Origin: Planctomycetota bacterium
Lineage (GTDB): Bacteria > Planctomycetota > UBA11346
Assembly (NCBI GenBank): GCA_038231435.1
Contig: JBBRLJ010000018.1
Location: 42,375 to 106,374, forward strand
Direction of reading: 5' to 3'
Length of the DNA stretch: 64,000 nt
A program made the position numbers and the translations under genes. The notes under the pieces are model-generated. The model did not search any database. It was not told the origin of the DNA and saw only the letters and a list, made by a program, of their open reading frames with translations. Of the stretch, positions 9,643 to 18,481 are shown one piece after another. Positions within the stretch are counted from its first letter, which is position 1. Every line of letters starts with the position of its first letter.

Positions 9643-10869
9643 ATGATGAAGCCACGCGGTGGATTCACCCTCATCGAGATGCTGGTGGTGATCACGATCA
9701 TCGCCATCCTGTCCGGAATGCTCTCGGTCCTGGTCGGCATCGCCCAACGCAAGGCCAGGCAGACCAATACCAGGGCGATCCTGATGAAGGTCGACCAAGC
9801 CATCCGCTTGTTCCGTAATGAGACGGGAACCTATCCGTTCCAGACCGATCTCTCGAACGCCGATGCCGATCCATCGCAGTGGACCAACAACCTCGGATTC
9901 AGGCTGGCTTGGAAACCGATAGATGCCGCCGCCCGCACCGCCTACAGGTCGGATCTCCAGGCAGATCTGACGGACATCCACAAGAAATTCTTCTTCAAGA
10001 ACGGGAAGAACGTGCCGCCGGTCGGTGACTCGAGCGAAGGAACGCACGCCTTCCGGTTCGGTGATTACTACTTCTCCCCCTCTGACCCGAATTTCAAAAC
10101 CAACCTCCTGTTGGGAGAGGGGAGCCTGTCGCTCACCGACGACAAGTTCACCACTCCAGACGATCAGGCCTGCAACTACATGATTCCGGGGTGGAGCTCC
10201 GCCGGCTCTGGCTCGGCCTTGGTACTGACACGCATGGCGGACGAGATCAGTGCTCTTCGCTACCTTTCGGGGCAACTCCCAGTCGAAGCCCCGAAGGGAT
10301 TCGATCCCACCATACCCGCCGACAAGGCGCTGCGCCCAAATCTCGACGCCCGCTATTCAATCCTCCATTTTTCCGGCTCCATCCCATATACCTCCTACCA
10401 CTACGTGCCTTACAACAAGGCGGGCTGGTACGCCGATGACTCTCGTGGTCCGGTGCTCACCGCCGCGGCTGCCAGGGCCAAAGGTTGGCGGTGCGAATAC
10501 TTGGCCGATACCCTGCGGCGGCAGGTATCCATCGGCAGCCCGGGTGAGATCGATCCCACCGGCACCACCATACTGGATTCCTATGGGCGTCCGTTGGTCT
10601 ACGTCTGCACGTTCACGCCTGGCGCCCGGGGCTTCTCGTATGGATTGGGCGGTGGCGTCGGCGACGAGGCCAATTACGGCATGACCCCTGTCTCTCGCCT
10701 CGCCACGAGCGATTTGTCCTCGGACATCCGTACCACTGCCGCCCCGACCTATGCCATGGAATTCGAGCTGTGGAGCGCTGGCCCAGATGGGCGGTTCTCC
10801 TCCATACGATCGGATGTGGCGAATCACGACAATATATCGCTGCTGCCGTATAATAAGGATCTGAGATGA
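9643..10869 (+). CDS. Enlarged GspG-like pseudopilin (408 aa)
   Basis: GG|FTLIEMLVVI; AIRLFRNETGTYP; C-terminal DSYGRPLVY and FELWSAGPDG...DNI motifs separated from the N-terminal helix by a long insert. Confidence 0.85.
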   Translation: MMKPRGGFTLIEMLVVITIIAILSGMLSVLVGIAQRKARQTNTRAILMKVDQAIRLFRNETGTYPFQTDLSNADADPSQWTNNLGFRLAWKPIDAAARTAYRSDLQADLTDIHKKFFFKNGKNVPPVGDSSEGTHAFRFGDYYFSPSDPNFKTNLLLGEGSLSLTDDKFTTPDDQACNYMIPGWSSAGSGSALVLTRMADEISALRYLSGQLPVEAPKGFDPTIPADKALRPNLDARYSILHFSGSIPYTSYHYVPYNKAGWYADDSRGPVLTAAAARAKGWRCEYLADTLRRQVSIGSPGEIDPTGTTILDSYGRPLVYVCTFTPGARGFSYGLGGGVGDEANYGMTPVSRLATSDLSSDIRTTAAPTYAMEFELWSAGPDGRFSSIRSDVANHDNISLLPYNKDLR

Positions 10870-12305
10870 TCCTGGTCGAGCGCCGCGGCGGCTTCACGTT
10901 GATGGAGTTGCTGGTCGTCGTCGCCATCATCTCCATTTTGATGGGGATGTTGACCTACAATTTCGCCAAACCGGAAGTGCGTCGCACGTCAGTGAAGCTT
11001 GCCGCTGAAGAGCTGGCAGCGACCTTTCGCAAGGCGCGGGCCCTGGCGATGGAGCGCAAGACCGTCCATGCCGTGGTCTTCCATATCCAAAACAAGCCGG
11101 GCAGCAGCGGCATCGTTCTGAACAACCGTTCGGGCGGCCATTGGTACCGCATCCTCGGACCAGGAACCTCCGACACCAACGATCGCTCGCAGACCGCCGA
11201 CGATCTGCCACCGATCGCCAACGGCGGATACGGGTATAAGCCGCATAACGTCATGGAGACTTCCGAACTCATCAACCGGGCCTGGGTCGATGACCCGCAC
11301 ATCCTGCTTGCGGGCAAGGTGCGCTTCCTGGCCCTCACCGACATGGATTACGGTGACAGCTCGGGCGTCAATTGGGCGTATCGCGGAATCTCGACCACCG
11401 ACTACTTCCCGCGTCCCTGGTTCGGATGGTACGATACGACGTCGAAGCGGCTGTATCCTTGGGGCGGCTACGATCCCGCGATCGCAGGCAGCGGTTTCTA
11501 CTATTGGGGCGTCAATCGGGTCGATGGCGCCATAACCACCGCCACCCGGGATCCCCAACCCATCGGCAGCCGGAATCCTGTCGCCCGCACGCTCGATCAC
11601 TGGTCTGTCGGTCAGGGCAACAACTGGTACGACAACATGCTCGCTCCGAGCGCTCCGGCATCGGACACCCTGTACGAGGCCGATTCCCCACGTCCGGTAA
11701 TCAACGCCTTCTGGCGGGACTGCAGCCTGATCTTCCTGAGTACGGGTGAGGTGCGCTGGGGCAATTGGCTGCCGGCACGCAAGTGCTCTTTCCTCATGGA
11801 TGGTATCACCACCGTCGCCACCGGATCACTGCCGATGAAGCGCGGGATCAGCGACCGCCAGAACGGCCAGACGGAAGCCTATGCAGGCTACGTGAGTCAG
11901 CACACTGTAGCCGAGGCAGGAAACTTCGATCAGGATTCCGGTGGCTGGTTCATCACGCTCGCCCCTGATTCCGTCGATGACAAAGATACCTTCCCCAGCG
12001 CGGAAGATGCCTTGGCCTCCATCTCGCCGATGTACCGAGTCTTCGTCTCGCGATTGGGCGAGGTCAAGGTGATCGCGGTCTCGAAGACTCCAAAGCTCAA
12101 TGGTCTCACCGCATTTCCACCCACCGAAGCATGGTGGAGAAACGCCACCAACATGCAGCAATACTTCCCCGCGGATCGCCTGCTCGATGGGACGATCATC
12201 GACACGTCGTGGTGCAATGAAGGCCTGGGGATCCTGCAGGGCAAGCCGATCACCGATTTCGTCACCCCAACCATGCTTCGCGAACGCCAGGTGTGGATGA
12301 AATGA
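10866..12305 (+). CDS. Enlarged GspH/FimT-like minor pseudopilin (479 aa)
   Basis: GG|FTLMELLVVV; AAEELAATFRKARALAM...HAVVF; LIFLSTGE and RVFVSRLGEVKV; ATGA overlap with previous gene. Confidence 0.85.
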   Translation: MILVERRGGFTLMELLVVVAIISILMGMLTYNFAKPEVRRTSVKLAAEELAATFRKARALAMERKTVHAVVFHIQNKPGSSGIVLNNRSGGHWYRILGPGTSDTNDRSQTADDLPPIANGGYGYKPHNVMETSELINRAWVDDPHILLAGKVRFLALTDMDYGDSSGVNWAYRGISTTDYFPRPWFGWYDTTSKRLYPWGGYDPAIAGSGFYYWGVNRVDGAITTATRDPQPIGSRNPVARTLDHWSVGQGNNWYDNMLAPSAPASDTLYEADSPRPVINAFWRDCSLIFLSTGEVRWGNWLPARKCSFLMDGITTVATGSLPMKRGISDRQNGQTEAYAGYVSQHTVAEAGNFDQDSGGWFITLAPDSVDDKDTFPSAEDALASISPMYRVFVSRLGEVKVIAVSKTPKLNGLTAFPPTEAWWRNATNMQQYFPADRLLDGTIIDTSWCNEGLGILQGKPITDFVTPTMLRERQVWMK

Positions 12306-12895
12306 TGAACAACCATGGTCGTTCGGCATTCACACTGATCGAGATCCTGGCCTGCTTGCTGCTGTTCAGCATGGGGTTGATGGCCGTGATCGGCGTCTTC
12401 CTCTACGGCCTCAAATCAGCGGCTGCAGCGCAGGCAGATGCGACCGCCTGGGCCACCGCGCTCTCGGTGGTCAAAGATCCCCTGCCGCTCGGCGTGGTCG
12501 CGGATCCGGTCACCGGCCAACTCACGCCGTGGACCTGGACATCTAGTGGCGCCACCTGGACCGCCGACGACGGCTCCGGGCAACCAGCATGGGTGTACAC
12601 GTCGTGGCCCATCGATACTCCCGGCAGCATCACCGTGGTCGACATGGCCGATCCGAAAAGCAATTCCCCTACGGCCTTCCCCTCCGTGGCTACTCCCGCG
12701 GTTGGCTGCGCTCGCGGGTGGCTCAATGGCTATTACGTGGAACGGCGTGAGCAGTCGCTCAGCAGCGACCGTCTCAGCGACAACATGCGCCTGGTCGAGG
12801 TCCGCGTCGATGTCTACTGGGCCGGGTATGGGTTCGGGGACGGCAAGCCCCTGGCCAGCACCGTCGACCGCGTGGTGCGGAGCGGCGGACCATGA
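12302..12895 (+). CDS. GspI/PilV-like minor pseudopilin
   Basis: SA|FTLIEILACLLLFSMG; C-terminal LVEVRVDVYW; ATGA overlap. Confidence 0.85.
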   Translation: MMNNHGRSAFTLIEILACLLLFSMGLMAVIGVFLYGLKSAAAAQADATAWATALSVVKDPLPLGVVADPVTGQLTPWTWTSSGATWTADDGSGQPAWVYTSWPIDTPGSITVVDMADPKSNSPTAFPSVATPAVGCARGWLNGYYVERREQSLSSDRLSDNMRLVEVRVDVYWAGYGFGDGKPLASTVDRVVRSGGP

Positions 12896-13869
12896 GACGT
12901 TTCCGCAATCAATCCGCCGCATTGACCCTGCTCGAATTGATCGTTTCGATCACTTTGGGCATGATCCTGATCGCCCTCGCGTGGACGACGTTCGCAAAAT
13001 CGAAGGCCGCCGCCGCGCGCACCTCGATGCGCGTCGATCTGCATACCTCGGCCGCGGTCTATCGTGAGCTTTTGCAGCGAGATTTCGCCAACCTGTCGCC
13101 AGCGACCGCCTTCTTCGCGCGCAGTACTCCCCAGGTCCTCACGGGCGCAGATAAGATAGACACCGTCGAAGTGGTCTTCATGCGTACGACCGCGCCACTG
13201 CGCACCCAGTTCGCAGAGGACGTCACCGAACAGTTCATGGCTGACTACCACTGGGTCCGTTGGCGCTTCAAGCGCACATGGCGACAGGTCGGGCCAACAT
13301 GGAAGGTCGTCGACTACACCCTCTATCGTTCGCGTAGTACTCCGACCCGCAGGTGGAGAGCCGTGGGGTCCATCGTCGGGCCGAATTTCAGCGTTTGGGA
13401 CAATGGTTCCCAGTCGCTCAAGCCTGCCCCCGACGAAACGCTCGCCTATCTCAACATGCCCCGGCCACTGCGCGATGCATCCGCCGGCATTCCTTCGCTC
13501 GATTGCAATAAGTACAACACGCCGATCGCTTCGATACCGTTCGGAGGTGCGCTGAAGGGCGACATCGGGGACCTGACCGATCTCGATAACAATGAATTGG
13601 TGAGCAGCACCCGGGTCCGGGATTTCGCGATCGGCTGGGTCGATGCTGGTGGCGCACTCACCACCATCACTAGCGCGGTTGCCGCGGATGTTCGCATCGA
13701 CGGCTTGCACATGGACGTGGTCGGCCCTACCGGCAACGCTTACCTCACCCAGCTCAAGAACCAGGTGCGGGTGATACGCATCGCCATGAACCTCGCGGAC
13801 GGCGGAGTCTCGCAGGACTTCTCCTTCTCGATCGCCACGCCCGGATTTCCTCCGCAGTTTCGGCCATGA
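12892..13869 (+). CDS. GspJ/PilW-like minor pseudopilin
   Basis: AA|LTLLELIVSI; ELLQRDF, TLYRS and VIRIAMNL motifs; ATGA overlap. Confidence 0.85.
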   Translation: MRRFRNQSAALTLLELIVSITLGMILIALAWTTFAKSKAAAARTSMRVDLHTSAAVYRELLQRDFANLSPATAFFARSTPQVLTGADKIDTVEVVFMRTTAPLRTQFAEDVTEQFMADYHWVRWRFKRTWRQVGPTWKVVDYTLYRSRSTPTRRWRAVGSIVGPNFSVWDNGSQSLKPAPDETLAYLNMPRPLRDASAGIPSLDCNKYNTPIASIPFGGALKGDIGDLTDLDNNELVSSTRVRDFAIGWVDAGGALTTITSAVAADVRIDGLHMDVVGPTGNAYLTQLKNQVRVIRIAMNLADGGVSQDFSFSIATPGFPPQFRP

Positions 13870-16800
13870 ACCTCTTCACCTCCCGCCGCCGCGCCACCGC
13901 GCCACCACGTGCACTCGAGGTTCCTATGCATCAGGCCGCTCCATGCACGAGGCGGGGCTCGATCATCATGCTGCTGCTCATGAGCGTCATCATGATCATG
14001 CTCGTGATCGCATTCTCGTTCTTGCGCTCGATGCAGATGTCGCGCGGCGCCACCCTGGTTCAACGCAAAGACGACCTGGCCCGCCTGGCCGCCGAAATGG
14101 GCATGCAGCACGCCGCCTCGGTCTGCCTCCATGCATACGCCATGAGCAATGAAGTTCGCGACGACATGACCGTACCTGCGGTGAGCCGATTCGATGCTCC
14201 TGACAGCAACGTCTTCAAGCTGATGTCCAGCCGTCTCTCGTCAGCGGATATCAGCAATCATCCGCCACAGCCCTATGACATGTCTCCAGAACTCCCCTTC
14301 CAGAACATGTTCGACTCGGGAGCCCTAGCAGGCCCGCGTACCGTCGGCTACACCTGGGGTGTCATCAACAAGTCCGGCTACTCACGCCTCACTGAAGCCA
14401 ACCGCTTCTCGTACGACGCGACCAGGCCCAGTTCGCTGTATGATCCCGCGAGCTACGATCTCTACGATCCGGCCGCTCCCAATCCCGCCGTCGTGAAGAC
14501 CGCATTTCCGCCGGTCGATCCGTTCGTGCGCGGCGCAGCTCTCATCAAGCGGCATCCTAGCGACAATCCGCTATTGCTTGATGCCGACTTCCGACCGGTG
14601 ATCGACGCCCGCGATGCCCGTTATCGCCTACGCTACGCCGTGGACATCCAAGACATGTCCGCCGCACTGTGGCTGAATACCGACATGCCATGGCTGACCG
14701 CCGTCCAGAAGGCCCAGGCCCGCACGGCCTATAAGGAGTGTTTCTATGCGGTCGGGACGCAGTTGCGCTTCGACTACAATCCTGCCGATACGTTCGAGAA
14801 CATCCTCCTCGGCCATGGGGCCGCCGCCAACGCCCGGTTCGTGAATGGCCAGGCGAGGGAGTGGCCTGAACGGGGCGGCGGCCCGATGTGGTATCGCGGT
14901 CCTAATCAGTGGAACCAGTCTCAGCGCATCAACCATTGTGTCTTCGGCAGCCCCTTCATGAACTGGAATGACCCGCCCTCCAAGGGGTGGATCGGCAGCG
15001 CGATCCCGTCGTTCAACGACCTGGGCTTCGCCCTGCAGGACGATTCCCAGAACTGGCATGAGATGGGCGAGGTCAAGGACAACGAACCGCGCGTGCGAGG
15101 CGACAAGGTCGCTCAATTCGCCGGGACCCCGTTCGGGCGACCCGACGGCGCTGCGACCGATCATCCCTGGGCGTTGAATGCGTTGATCATCGCCCCGCGC
15201 GTTCTCGAGGCCATGGTTGCGGCATACATGCCGCCGGTGGTCCGCTCAGTAGCTGTCACCACGGAATGGTGCACCCCCTACTGCAAGACGGTGGACGCTT
15301 TCGGCAACGTCAACACCAGTTACAGAGGATCGCCGATCGCGGGGGTGGCCAACCCGACCGCGTGGAGCATCCCGATCAAAGCCAACCTGACTATTCCCGG
15401 ATCGGGGCCGGATCTCTTCACCAACGCGTTCACGCCGTTGGGGCAGACGCCCTTCCCGTACGCGACCCCGCCGATGCGCGATTACTGGACGACGCCTGTA
15501 GGCCCGGCAGCGGCGCCAAGCACCTGGCGATGCGACCACACTCCCGTCTCCGATACCCGCACCAACGCTCAGCGATATCCCGGTACGCGCTTTTTCTCGG
15601 TCCTCGCCACCGAACCCATGGGCCAGTGCCTGACCCGTTGGCGTGGCAAGAATCCTGATGGAACACCCTACGACAGCATCGCTCTGGCATGCCTGCCACG
15701 CCAAACCGACAGCGATCCTGCTTCGTCGAATCCCCCGGCCCCGCCGTGGGCCCTCGGCACGGCCTATGCCGTCGACGACCGCGTAAGCTACCTCGGCGAG
15801 ATCTACGTCTGCAACTCGACGGTGGACGTCGCTGCCGCGGCCAATCCCGGCAATGGACCTGGCGGCGCTACGACTCGCTTCGTGCTCGAAGCCCCGATAT
15901 CGGTCTTCCCTCCGGCTCCCGGAGGCGACCACCTCGGGCGGCACATCATCTTCTACAAGCCCGACTACGTGGACCCCAATCCAGGCAATAGCATCCTCGC
16001 GGTGAAAAATACGGTCTACAAATATCTCTCCGTCGCCAATTTTAATAGCATCAATGCCCCCAACTGGTGGCTCTACCCCGGCGACAACATCAACAACTCT
16101 TCCGAATTCATGCCGGGAGGGCCGTTCAGTCCCGGCATCAGCGGCGCCGGCACCGACGGGTTCGTGTCAGCGTACAAGGGCTCTTCATGGACCGTCTATT
16201 CGCCGCCAGTCCCAGTGATCGTCAATGGCGAGGTCTATCCCTGCCCCGACTGGGGCAATCCGAGCCCGCCGGCAACGCCGGCTGCACTGCTCGCAACCCA
16301 GGTGACGGCGGCTCAGACCCCCCCACCCGCTCGCGGCCCGCTCGGTGTGGTGAACCCTGAGGGATGGCAGATCAGCCGCGCTGCGGGATCGTGGGGTTCC
16401 CCCGCCAAGAGCACCGTTCCGAACTCCTATTACAACCGGCTATCGCTCGCCTTCTGGCACGCCGTCTTCGTCGCCCAGGCAGCGAATATGTCCTGGGCTG
16501 ATCGGCAAGACTGCCGCTCACAGGCGTTCGCGCCCGGGAGTGCCAACGTTGGGGATTTCGGCGTCTACTACGCGACAAATCCCGATCAATTCGACTTCAC
16601 ATCCTATAAGCGCAAAGGTCCTGCTTCGTGGTCGCCGGCAGCAGCCGACTTCGACAGCGTCGAGCAGATCGATCGGCAGTTCGTTGCCAACATGGGCGAG
16701 AGCTTCACCCAGCCAGGACACGTCACCCCGACCCAGGCCTCCGCCTCGCGTCCGCCCCGTTACTTGGGCAAGCAGACCTACACGCCGAAGTTCAGCACCA

Positions 16801-17549
16801 ACTGGTGCGGAGGCCGCGACGGGAATTCGTACTGCTATACCAACTACAACAATATGCGGGTCGCCGAATATTGCGTGACCAACAACATCCGCACCTTGCT
16901 CGATCCCCTCGACACCAGGCCGGGCGGGGCGCTGACCGCGTTCAGCACCGATCCGCAGCTGCCGCCACCCCACAATATCTGGCTGCTGGATGAGTGGAAT
17001 GCCGAGGCCGAGGCCGGATACATTCCGGGCGTGAACGTCGGCGCCCAGCCGACCACGGTGGCGCGTGCACGCGCGAAGATGATGGAGCGCGTATTGAATG
17101 ACTGGCGTCTCAGCTTCCTCGGCTCCAGCAAGGCCTATGCGGCCTCCTTCCTTCCCAAGGATTTCGATGGCGACGGCAAGGTGTTCTGCAGCGGCTACCT
17201 GACTCCCAATGCCGCCGATCCGGACTGTGGCCTGACCTGCTGGAAATCAGCGGATGCCAGTGGCAACGGACCCGGCAAGGCGGCGGGTGACCTGACCATC
17301 TATTCGGTCACCGGCTGCCTCACCATCACTCGCAGCCATCAATTCAAGATCCATGTCCGCGGCGAGCTTTATGACAACTTCCTCGATCGCGCGGTCAGCG
17401 AGCAGTACCTCGAATCGGCCGTGATGATCGACCCCGATGACAATATCACTCGAGGCGCGTTGCCCAGCGGCCTCGCCGATTCGGTGCTCATCATGCAGCG
17501 GCCGATCCATAGTTATTATCGCGGATTCTTGAATCGGGCATACCCGTGA
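13866..17549 (+). CDS. Giant GspK/PilX-like tip pseudopilin with embedded CBM5/12-like module (1227 aa)
   Basis: RRG|SIIMLLL hydrophobic helix lacking Glu5, ARLAAEMGMQHA PilX motif, C-terminal ITRSHQFKIHVRG; internal WALGTAYAVDDRVSYLGEIYVC; alternative start ATG 13926 with GAGG RBS. Confidence 0.8.
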   Translation: MNLFTSRRRATAPPRALEVPMHQAAPCTRRGSIIMLLLMSVIMIMLVIAFSFLRSMQMSRGATLVQRKDDLARLAAEMGMQHAASVCLHAYAMSNEVRDDMTVPAVSRFDAPDSNVFKLMSSRLSSADISNHPPQPYDMSPELPFQNMFDSGALAGPRTVGYTWGVINKSGYSRLTEANRFSYDATRPSSLYDPASYDLYDPAAPNPAVVKTAFPPVDPFVRGAALIKRHPSDNPLLLDADFRPVIDARDARYRLRYAVDIQDMSAALWLNTDMPWLTAVQKAQARTAYKECFYAVGTQLRFDYNPADTFENILLGHGAAANARFVNGQAREWPERGGGPMWYRGPNQWNQSQRINHCVFGSPFMNWNDPPSKGWIGSAIPSFNDLGFALQDDSQNWHEMGEVKDNEPRVRGDKVAQFAGTPFGRPDGAATDHPWALNALIIAPRVLEAMVAAYMPPVVRSVAVTTEWCTPYCKTVDAFGNVNTSYRGSPIAGVANPTAWSIPIKANLTIPGSGPDLFTNAFTPLGQTPFPYATPPMRDYWTTPVGPAAAPSTWRCDHTPVSDTRTNAQRYPGTRFFSVLATEPMGQCLTRWRGKNPDGTPYDSIALACLPRQTDSDPASSNPPAPPWALGTAYAVDDRVSYLGEIYVCNSTVDVAAAANPGNGPGGATTRFVLEAPISVFPPAPGGDHLGRHIIFYKPDYVDPNPGNSILAVKNTVYKYLSVANFNSINAPNWWLYPGDNINNSSEFMPGGPFSPGISGAGTDGFVSAYKGSSWTVYSPPVPVIVNGEVYPCPDWGNPSPPATPAALLATQVTAAQTPPPARGPLGVVNPEGWQISRAAGSWGSPAKSTVPNSYYNRLSLAFWHAVFVAQAANMSWADRQDCRSQAFAPGSANVGDFGVYYATNPDQFDFTSYKRKGPASWSPAAADFDSVEQIDRQFVANMGESFTQPGHVTPTQASASRPPRYLGKQTYTPKFSTNWCGGRDGNSYCYTNYNNMRVAEYCVTNNIRTLLDPLDTRPGGALTAFSTDPQLPPPHNIWLLDEWNAEAEAGYIPGVNVGAQPTTVARARAKMMERVLNDWRLSFLGSSKAYAASFLPKDFDGDGKVFCSGYLTPNAADPDCGLTCWKSADASGNGPGKAAGDLTIYSVTGCLTITRSHQFKIHVRGELYDNFLDRAVSEQYLESAVMIDPDDNITRGALPSGLADSVLIMQRPIHSYYRGFLNRAYP

Positions 17550-17616
17550 ATGTGTTGCCTGCGGGATCCGCGAGTCTCTCTCGCATATTCTAAATCCCGA
17601 CGTGCGGGCGCGCCCA

Positions 17617-17640
17617 CCTGCCTGCCTGCCTGCCTGCCTG
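17617..17640. repeat. (CCTG)6 tetranucleotide repeat, intergenic
   Basis: Six perfect CCTG units read directly. Confidence 0.9.
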
Positions 17641-17812
17641 AGGGCGTTTGCGCCCAGGCGATCTCCCCCGCACACGGAATCGCGGTTTGACAGCCGGCGG
17701 GTTCGATGCTCGCACGATTCGCAGCGTGGGACGGGAATGCTTCGGATGCGAAGTTGAGGACCTGCGGGTCGAGCACCCCTTGCCCGGGCAGCTGGCGCGC
17801 CACCATGCGCGC

Positions 17813-18469
17813 ATGCTCATCGCCCCGACTTCCAAGCTGCTCATGATCGGCGATTCCATCACCGACTGCGAACGTGCCCGCCCGGTCGGCGAAGGCCTGT
17901 TCGGAGCGATCGGCAAGGGCTATGTCGCCCAGGTCGATGCCCTGCTCGGTTCTACCTATCCGGCCCACCAGATCCGCGTGGTCAACATGGGCTGCAGCGG
18001 CAACACCGTGCGCGATCTCAAGGCGCGCTGGCAGACCGACGTGCTCGATCAGAAGCCCGACTGGCTGTCGATCATGATCGGCATCAACGACGTCTGGCGC
18101 CAGTTCGACCTGCCGCGGCAGACTGAGATCCACGTCGGTTTGGAGGAATACGAACGCACCCTCGACGAATTGGTTGCCAGGACCAAGCTGATCCTGAAGG
18201 GTCTGGTGCTGATGACGCCCTTCTTCATCGAATCCCAGCCCAACGACGCGATGCGCGCACGCATGGATCAGTACTCGGCCGCGGTCAAGAGAGTCGCAGC
18301 CAAGCACCAGACGTTGTTCGTCGACACGCAGGCCGCCTACGGCCGCGTGCTCGCGCACACCCATTCCGCCGCCCTGGCCTGGGACCGCGTTCACCCGAAC
18401 CACATCGGCCACATGGTGATGGCGCGCGCGTTCCTCGACGCCGTGGGTTATGCTTGGACCGGGAAGTAG
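17813..18469 (+). CDS. SGNH/GDSL-family esterase
   Basis: GDSIT (block I), NMGCSGN, GINDVW, DRVHPN. Confidence 0.92.
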   Translation: MLIAPTSKLLMIGDSITDCERARPVGEGLFGAIGKGYVAQVDALLGSTYPAHQIRVVNMGCSGNTVRDLKARWQTDVLDQKPDWLSIMIGINDVWRQFDLPRQTEIHVGLEEYERTLDELVARTKLILKGLVLMTPFFIESQPNDAMRARMDQYSAAVKRVAAKHQTLFVDTQAAYGRVLAHTHSAALAWDRVHPNHIGHMVMARAFLDAVGYAWTGK

Positions 18470-18481
18470 CTTTTATTTTTC

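Noticed and set aside
9058..17549. Complete T2SS or type IV pilus operon
   Set aside because: No GspD/E/F/L/M/O or PilB/C/Q/D homolog in the window
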